Below, one piece after another: positions 55,422-64,000 of a stretch of 64,000 bases of DNA. This DNA comes from Enoplolaimus lenunculus (taxonomy: Eukaryota): contig JASANG010003765.1 of assembly GCA_030248215.1 (NCBI GenBank), positions 310,001 to 374,000 on the forward strand. The letters are read 5' to 3'. Position numbers and translations under genes: made by a program. The notes beneath the pieces are model-generated. The model saw only the letters and a list, made by a program, of their open reading frames with translations, made no database searches and was not told the DNA's origin. Position 1 is the first letter of the stretch; each line of letters starts with the position of its first letter.

Positions 55422-55991
55422 CGACTGGGTATAAAAATGCTTAGACACTGAATTTTGGAACAGTTTTGTATATTATTATGAACAGCTATCGCATGATTTT
55501 AGCTTCGGATCGGTAATTAAACTGAATTGATCCAAACATACAATATTTTATAACGAAAAACTGTTACATGTTTAAACTGGTGCACAGTAGTGGATAACAA
55601 CTTTGATCCATAATCAACTACCCCTTCACGCATAAAGTATGAGGCACGTTTCATTGTAACTGTGTATACGCGAAATGAATGCACAACGCAGCGCTTAACT
55701 TTGACGCATTTGTGTCGTACCAAATCTCTGCAAAACGTATATACCTTCGAGAACGAGTGTCACGCTCTTTTTCATTCGAAAGTTCCTAGCTTCAAATCGT
55801 ATCTTGAAATTTTGGATGTTAAATTAATCAGAAAATGTTCAGTGAGCTAAGGCTTTTACTATAAATGCATAGGACTGCGAGAAAGATGATCTTGCGTCCA
55901 TGGAACGTTCAGAATGTTAAATATTCCGGCAGTTTCGCAGCATGCTCGTGCATGCAAACCACAACAGTTGTTTCTAGTTAATAATTTTAAG

Positions 55992-56544
55992 AGTCAATGT
56001 TACGCTAAAGGCCGTCCCATTGTCCCGGGACAGCAAAGTACCAGGAGTACACACAAATGTAATTGGGACAGTGAAATAGTTGGGACAGCGGGTCAGTTGG
56101 ACAGCGGGACAGTGGGTCAGTTGAAACGACGGGACAGTTGGGACAGTGGTTCGGTTGGGTCAAAGGAACAGTTGAGGCTGTTGGGACAGCGAGACAATTG
56201 GGTCCACAACAAGGAACACCCTCCTTGTAAATAAATTTTCTTTAATTGGTTTCTCAGGAAGGCTGCCGCCCCCCTGACCCATGCAAATTCAGGGGACCCT
56301 AAGCAGGATGGGGCTATAGCCCCAAACACACTAAGAAGTTCATTATTGGAACACATTTTGATCCGCCTCAGCGTCCCTTGAAACTTGGGTCACGGGGCTG
56401 CAACCCCACCCCCACCACCGAGAAAAGTAAAACTGTCCCTATTATATATTTGGCTGTGCATACGTAAACAGGAGCGCATATGTGTGTACTCTCAGTATAT
56501 TGCTGTCTCGGGACAATGGGACAGCCTTTATCGTAACATCGGCC
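55992..56544. mobile_element. Family C MITE, probably with a secondary insertion
   Basis: CAATGTTACGCTAAAGGCCGTCCC ... GGGACAGCCTTTATCGTAACATCGGCC; GGGACAG repeats at 56065-56200. Confidence 0.7.
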
Positions 56545-57113
56545 ATGTTAGGCATAAAGTTGTGGGGTTTTTTAACAGGTATGTATTTATTGCTAAGGTC
56601 CTATGTTGTTTTACCTTATAAACTGTGATTTTGTTATATTTGTTTGACGCGCTAGAAAATGGTGTTATAATCCATAAAACTTGAATCCATTATGGTTTGA
56701 TTAGTATACGAGGGAGCTTCAAAACCTTATATTCAATATCCCAATTTGGGCAACGCGGTAAAATAATCGTATGTGACAAGTCCGTGCACATGGAACACTT
56801 TCAGTTTCGAAAAGAAAGCAATAAAGATTAAAATAAACATGTGTTTACATTTTTTATTCAAGTGTAAAATGGTTTTTGCTAACAATTTTAATGTACGTCC
56901 CTTGAAACAGAAATTCCTTTAATTTAATATGCTTATAGTTGATTAAATACCTTTATTTACCCTTTGATAGTTTCTACACTTTTCAATATGTTGAAACGGC
57001 CCATGTTACTAAGGGGCGCCCAGGTTTCTGGGGGTGGCTCTATAAAAGTATAGGTTTAAGTTCTAGATTACTTTTTTGCTTAGGCTTACGAATACGCTTT
57101 CTACTGTTACTTA

Positions 57114-57556
57114 CTGTAGTGACCCGAATAACAGGGGGACTGATATTTATTTGGCCTCTCCAGAGGATACTTCTCCTTGTTATTCGGTTACAGACTGTTA
57201 TTTATTTTAACCCACGCTCCGCCGCCCTTCGTTACTGATATATATCCGGTACTGCAATTATTCGTTGAATTAAACGTTCATTTGCCTTGCGTCTATAGCT
57301 TGAGCGATAATACAAGGTTATACTTAGAAATGTACTTTCAAAATTTAAGTACGCTTTAAAGTTTCGAACTCAAGTTATTTGGTCCCGGAATCATTTATGC
57401 GCTACAATTAGGGTTAATTGACATTTATGGACTCTAATTAGGGTTTAGGAACTATCCGCTTGCTTACTCTTATTAGGGATACGGACTCCTATTGATTGGT
57501 ACTCAAAATGGGGACCCCCATCTTATTACCCTTCCCCCTTATTCGGGTCAATACAG
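57114..57556 (+). mobile_element. Family A MITE, full-length ~440 bp
   Basis: TA|CTGTAGTGACCCGAATAA ... TTATTCGGGTCAATACAG|TA; follows a GGCCCATGTTAC-type element start at 56998. Confidence 0.88.
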
Positions 57557-57686
57557 TATTGTGTTTGTCGTTTGGGCAGTCGTTTGTTACCAAAAATCCA
57601 GGGCTATTAACTATATATATAGCTATATAAATTGGCATTATTTTGTTTTAGGCAGGGTGGTTTAACCATACTCGTATAATTTCTAT

Positions 57687-58852
57687 GGCCCATGTTACTC
57701 TGAGGGTCATTCCATTTACCCACGGGACCGCAATATACCCGGAACGAAATGTTTTTGCTGGGTTGGTCGGGACAGCTTCAACCGGTTTGTTATGGGTCGG
57801 TCGGGACAGCTTCGAGCCCGTATTTTTGCTGGGTTGGTCGGGACAGCTTCGGACCCATATTTTTGCTTGGTTGGTCGGGACAGCTCCAAACCTATGTTTT
57901 GGATGGGTCGGTTGGGACAACCGGGGCAGTATGGACCGGGCCCATGTATAGAATTCTGACACAATATCATTTTCTTTTATTACGTTTTCCACGGTCTGTC
58001 CACACCCAAACCCCACACAAAGCAATTCTTTGTTCGAGCAAAATTTTTTTACTCTGTTTTTGTGGCTTTAAAGTGCGAGAACGCTTAGTGCGGGGGTTCA
58101 GGGGGCGGCAGCACCTGTGAGAACGTAATTTAAAAAGTTGTCAATGTAGAGGATGGAAGGTTTTATTTCACGAAGTTGTTTTTTATTGTGTTCTCTCTCA
58201 AAGGGGTTGTGCCCCTCTAAGCCCCACACACACATTAGGCAACTTTTACGTATAAGCTGGGACCCAACAAAAACACACGCTTGACGCTGTACCGTCTGTC
58301 CGCCCGACCCAGCAAAAACATGGACTCGAAGCTGTCCCGACCGACCCAACGAAAACACACACTCGAAGCTGTCCCTGTTGTCCAGCCCGACCCAGCAAAA
58401 ACATAGGCCCGAAGCTGTCCCGGCTGTCCCACCCGACCCAGCAAAACATAGGCTCGAAACTGTCGACCCAGCAGACATAGGCTTGAAGCTGTCCCGGTTG
58501 TCTTACCCGACCCGGCAAAAACATAGGCTCGAAACTGTCCCGGCTGTCCCAACCGACCCAACGAAAACACACGCTCGAAGCTTTACCGGCTGTCCCGCCC
58601 GACCCAGAAAAGACATAGGCCCGAAGCTGTCTCGGCTGTCCCACCCGACCCAGCAAAACATAGGCTCGAAACTGTCCGGGCTGTCCCGGCCAACCCAACG
58701 AGAACGCACGCACAAAGCTGTCTTGGCTGTTCCGCCCTACCTGCAAAACCATAGGCTCGAAGCTGTCCCTCCGTTCAAGCACAAATCTATGGGCAAGATT
58801 GTTGTCATGTTGCTGTCCCGCGGGAAAACGGGACGCCCCTCAGAGTAACCGG
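57687..58852. mobile_element. Family D element(s): inverted GTTACTCTGAGGG termini with inverted minisatellite arms
   Basis: Left GGCCCATGTTACTCTGAGGG; right CCCCTCAGAGTAAC (reverse complement of 41879-); arrays at 57750-57930 and 58255-58770 run in opposite orientations. Confidence 0.75.
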
Positions 58853-59239
58853 ACATGTGAAAATACCGGAACCAGAGGTAAAACCAAGCGTGCCACTGAT
58901 TTTAAAGATGTATTAATATATATCAATAGCAACCGCTCGAATGTTATAAAAGGTTTTGAAACGTTTATTATTTAAATAAACTATCACAGAAATCATGCAC
59001 GGAAGCCATGCATATAAACATAAACAAACGCGTATGATTTTCTTTGTGCACAATCTTTAACAACGTAAACACAATACTGCGTAAAATCAAGAATTCTGCA
59101 ACCGCTGAAATGTAATTCCAATTAAAAGTTAACATCGGATTTGAGTTCTGTTATAGTACGTTAGACTTTGTTCTAGAGTATATTCTTAATAAATGAAACT
59201 TTATTTCAATTTTACGCACTTATATTCTGAAAATATGTG

Positions 59240-62200
59240 TCAAAGATTCTTCATCTTGGACATCAAATCACTCAGATCCTCGGTAGTTTCTTCGACCAAC
59301 ACTTCATTCCCCTATAACGAAATAAAAACTGCACATTGCATACAAAACTCGTTCTCAATGTTAAAGCTGCCAGCATACCTACGTGCCTATCATTAACAGC
59401 TACTTAGCACTCGATTGTTTCGTACTAAACAATCATAAACATTGAAATTTGTGGTGATAGAACATGGCTCGCGTGTACGCTAACTAACCTGATTCTTCGT
59501 TGGTGAATTATACGCGAATTTCAACCCTACAGGTTCAGGTACTGCAGATTTTGTTTCGGATTTAGCATTTTGACCCATAGAATCTTCCGATTCTTCGACA
59601 AGCGAGATTCCTGCACAACACATCAAATTCTAATATGTATGTCATATGGATCGTAAGCTTAATACCCCATAATAGTCAATAAACCATCCGTGGCACTTGT
59701 TTCGAAAATCATACTACAATATTTTAATTGTGTTTTAACCGAAAGTATATTAATCGGTTTCAATAGTTTCTGTTTAAAATTGCCGCGAATTAAAGATGAA
59801 AATATTTTCTTGAAAAATTATAATTTATTGCAAAAACATTTTTCTAGACAGTTCAATGACGTATCTCCAAAACTAATGTTATATAACTCTTTGCAATAGC
59901 TTGCAGTGATGGGAGTCTGGGTCTCGCCAAGTCTAAGTATTTGGCAGGTCTCTATCTCTGTTTTTAGTCTCGGTAGTTTGGAACTGAGACTAGAAATCGT
60001 GGATTTCGCAAATAGTTTTCAGAGTGTTGGCTTCTAATAACATGTGTCACTTGCTTTAATACATTTTCGATGAACACAACACATCAAACGAATCACAAGA
60101 ACAATGTTCACAAAACGAATCATATAAGAACACTGCTAACAGATAGTATGTACAGAATAAGGTTATAAAATATATCAGCAAAACGCACCCCAGGTATTAT
60201 CTTCATGCACTATTTCGCTGCCAGAGTCGTTATTAGTTACAGCCAAGTCCACTTGTACCGGATTAGATTTTTGTTCTTCCTGAAACAACTAATGTACTTT
60301 GACGATGCAAAACTCTTAGAAAATATAACAACAATCTTTATTAATGTTCAAACTGGATTAAATCCAAATATACGGAAGTTTACAATTATACCATAAAAAC
60401 AACAATGTGCATCACAAGTCCCAGTACATTAGAATACACTTTAGTGCTCACAGTAAGGTTTTCATTTTTCGTTACAATTCATTTTTCGTTACAAAAGTAA
60501 GTAAACTAAACACTGGCCAACTACCCACACAGAAATCTCACTTCATATTCTACTTGTCGTTGCTGGCAGTTACCATCGCTACATTGTGGATTGGGTTTCA
60601 TCGCGTAAGACGGAAAGAAATCTTCTAGAGCGTTGTAGCCAAGATAAAATGATACCGTGCCAAAATTAAGGAGTTTTCTGAAACAACTCGTTTTTATGTT
60701 ATTATATTAGAGAACCAATTACATTTTTCAAAAAGCAGTGTCATTTTGAAGCAGGCTCTATTAGTATGCAGAAAATTTAACAATAATGGGAATATCGAAA
60801 ATAGCCGTCGTACTCGACAACAACTAATCTTGGACATGTCGACAGATTACAAATGCTTCACACGGCGTTGAACTGCATCATTTTCTTATATAACACAACA
60901 ATCATTAAGCAAATTCAACAAACGCTATAAATTATTACTTTGTCAAAATTCAAATTACTTTAAAACATTTTGCACCATGACACCAGCAATTACACCCATA
61001 GTTGTTGGAAGCGATGCCGCACACACACCATCACGTTTGAGCGTTTTTTCATCTACGTTTGACGCAACAATAAGTGGTGGAGCACACTGAAACATAAGTA
61101 CTAAAGGAACATATCTTGTTTTATTCAATTACTAAACATTTTTGTTTTACGAAATTCCTTTCTTTCGGTTGAATCTACAGGGTGCGACCAGATATTAATT
61201 TACCGGATACCGGAACACTATATTGATTTTTCACCAGAACCGGAACCAGATATTTACCGGATATAGCATGTAAATATGAGCACTGCTTAAAGTAATTGAG
61301 GCGCAAAATTATATGATTAGTGAATCGTTAGCTTGGATTTTTCATTATATTTCAGTAAGTGAAACATTAAACACCTTTTTATTTGCTTTGAAAAATAATA
61401 GCAGGATGTTAAAAAATGCCCACTTGTCAAAATCAGCTTTTTGGGATTCCGAGCCACAACCGTAAAGCCGACTATTAGAGACAACAAAAATTGCTCGATA
61501 GGCAGATCCGAAATTTGGAACAACAAAGACACCAGTAAAGAGCTCAAGCAGTAAACTCAGACGCCAGTAATTGTTGATTTGAATAACGATGTTGAACGTG
61601 GTACTACAGAAGGTAAAAATTATGTTGAAATGTTTCGGATAGATTGTCGAGGTAAAGATACGTTATCGATTTTGTGACGGATATTAAACCGGAACTGGAA
61701 ATTTGGTCGCACCCTGGATATACATACTATACAATAACCAACGATCATATAATCTTCTTGACCACGAAACAAAAACAGCTATAACACTGATGTGCCGTGA
61801 ACACCATGTACATGATTCAAACTATGTGAATAGCTGGGTATCATTACAGTTACGGACTTCGACTAATCTAAAACTAACCGCGAAACAAGCTGTCTGCCCA
61901 GGAATGAGATATTGAATGTGTCCCGAAATGGCATTTTCGCTGACCCCAGATTCAAACCACGTTTGGCGTAGCTCATTGCATGCCTGAAACAAACTAGTAT
62001 TTTTAAGACAATTAATGAAAATCCAATAAACATAACAATTCGCATGCTGCTTTTAGGCCCATACGATGAAATGTAAATAACATTTATCACCAGATAGTTA
62101 GTGACAGGTTTTAAAGCTCACGAAGTATTGCAGTTACAGATCTCAAAATTGGCACAGTATTAGGGCAATCAAATCTGAAATACGAGCTGAACTGCGAAGA

Positions 62201-63848
62201 TCATCAGTTTATGATTCGAAAGCTACAAGACCTATCACCAACAAGTGATAGGTGCTAGGTGCAACGCGCCGCACATTTGGGAACAGGGGCACTAGTCGCA
62301 AGAATAACCCAGCTCAACCGAGTATAAATTTTAGTTCACAAAGAAATTGCAATACATTTAAGATTTAATCGCATGAATCTTGCTTTCATGGGTATTGTAA
62401 ACATCAACGATAGTTTTGCTTACGTTTTTGAATGTGTTTTAAAACAATATGTAACAAACAATCTGGCAGAGACGAGCGAAGTACGTAATACAATGCGATA
62501 ACAAGAATGTAAATAATTAAGCTAGAAAATAAATTCTTTATGAATAGTATATAAGCATTAAACTCACTGTATTAATAGCCATTCGAGCTTCATAATTGTC
62601 TACACAACTTAGCACCAAATCTACTTGTTGACCGATGAGACTGCCAGTTCTACAAGATTTTCAGTACGAGGCATATTACACAAAATACGGTAATTGCAGT
62701 TATTAGTTAATTAATTCATGATGAAAAAAGTTGAAAATTGTGCGCAGCCATAGTACTGCAATAATAATCAGTGACAGTAAAGCAGCAACGCAGCTTCACA
62801 ACGCAACGATGGATAATAAAAAAGAAATGTAAGACTTTTCGTCACATGTACATCTATTATACTGTTTACGTAAATGTCAAATATCAAAACATACTTGAGA
62901 ATGTTAGTAAAGTGATCAAAGTTATCAACAGTAGTGATATTATAGTTGTAGCATTGAATTGTTACATCCGGATTTATGCTGCTGAAATCGTAAAATATTA
63001 TTTAGTTGCAAAATTTGCAGCGCCAATGTTATTCATTTTTCCTAATAAACAGCGCAGATGGTAAGCTTAAATTGCCAGTAAATGTTCATGATCGTACAAT
63101 CTTCCTCAACAAACTGAGGGACGACTTGTTAGTTGAAATTTTAGTGGCATCGATAACTGTCAAATTAAGTATGTCACCGTCGCTTATCAGCCTCTAATTA
63201 TTCAATGTTCAAGCGCAAAAAATTATACACTGACAGACACTTGTCGCGATACTTGAAGGCTGTGCAGTAAGTACTCTTAATTTGCTGGTTCATATTTTTA
63301 TTACATCACGCACAGTATACACTACAAAACTGGAATGTTGTCCAAAATACGTATGTAGAGCATTCCAGCTTTAAGTACACAGATATAAACGTTTGATTTT
63401 TTTAAAACGCAAGCAGTAAATTGTTCAAAGAGTGCCATTCATACGTCCGATGTATATCAGGAATTTAAAAATCACGTTAGAACGACTTAATACCTTACTT
63501 AAGTCAACATTGAGGACCAAATTTCAGAAATATAGTCTTAGTTCGAAAGCTTGCGATATACTTAGCCACATGCGTTAACAAAACACTTTATCAGCATACC
63601 GTTCGCGATTAAAAAGCTTAAAACGTCACGTCATCATCGTGTACCAGATAAGTGTAAACCATAACAACCATTTATATTCGTTACTTATTTTTGTACCCTT
63701 AGTGACCAAATTCACACAAATATATAATGCTTTCTTACTCGAGAGTAGCTTTTGCAGCATCCACTTTGCTTAATCCCGCTTGATTTGGTTGATAAAATAG
63801 TCTATTCATATTTGCAAGCTCGACCTTGTCATAGTCAAACAATATTAA
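59240..63848 (-). CDS. UBA5: Ubiquitin-like modifier-activating enzyme 5 (UFM1 E1); 5' exons lie beyond the window
   Basis: Minus-strand exons 63848-63739 ([29 protein letters not shown]), 62981-62895 ([14 protein letters not shown]), 62649-62568 ([18 protein letters not shown]), 61983-61879 ([24 protein letters not shown]), 61086-60959 ([31 protein letters not shown], catalytic Cys), 60677-60542, 60279-60189 (HEDNTW), 59610-59489 (GISLVEE, LIR/UFIM), 59311-59240 ([12 protein letters not shown]). Not recognisable in the ORF track. Confidence 0.95.
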
Positions 63849-64000
63849 CTGAAATACAAAAGTAGTGTCTAATGCGCTTCTAAAACAAAAAATATAACTG
63901 TTTTGAAAGGAAGTTTCACAGCCAAACTACGACCATCACACCAAAGTTTTGCAACATAGATGACTCGAATGTGATCCAATAAAGACATAAATGAGCTGCA

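Overview
AT-rich, intron-rich eukaryotic genomic DNA, most likely a nematode: TTAGGC telomere-type repeats are frequent, and the loose polypyrimidine-AG acceptors, rather than strict TTTCAG, suggest a basal/clade I species (inference). Manual GT-AG exon assembly gives five protein-coding genes. On + are an SSUH2-like DnaJ-type zinc-finger protein with a CaaX tail (at least 9 exons, first exon uncertain), TADA2B/Ada2b (6 exons, no SWIRM seen), an intronless DIMT1 and an 18-exon two-domain HDAC6-like deacetylase (no ZnF-UBP seen, ~85-aa Cys-rich insert in domain 2). On - is UBA5, which runs off the right edge. The rest is packed with repeats: a decayed DD41D (rosa/Visitor) Tc1/mariner-superfamily transposon in a TADA2B intron, several MITE families (including a GGCC(A/C)ATGT-ended group carrying telomere-like, 9-bp or ~40-bp satellite cargo), tRNA-derived SINE-like heads, a probable LTR-retroelement 5' end with four leader hairpins, and a ~237-bp-arm, apparently perfect intronic inverted repeat. 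I found no convincing wholly new multi-gene system; the best leads are the cargo-swapping MITE group, the atypical HDAC6 and Ada2b architectures, and possible alternative first exons of SSUH2. Most ORF-track entries are spurious or repeat-derived. All coordinates and translations were read by eye.
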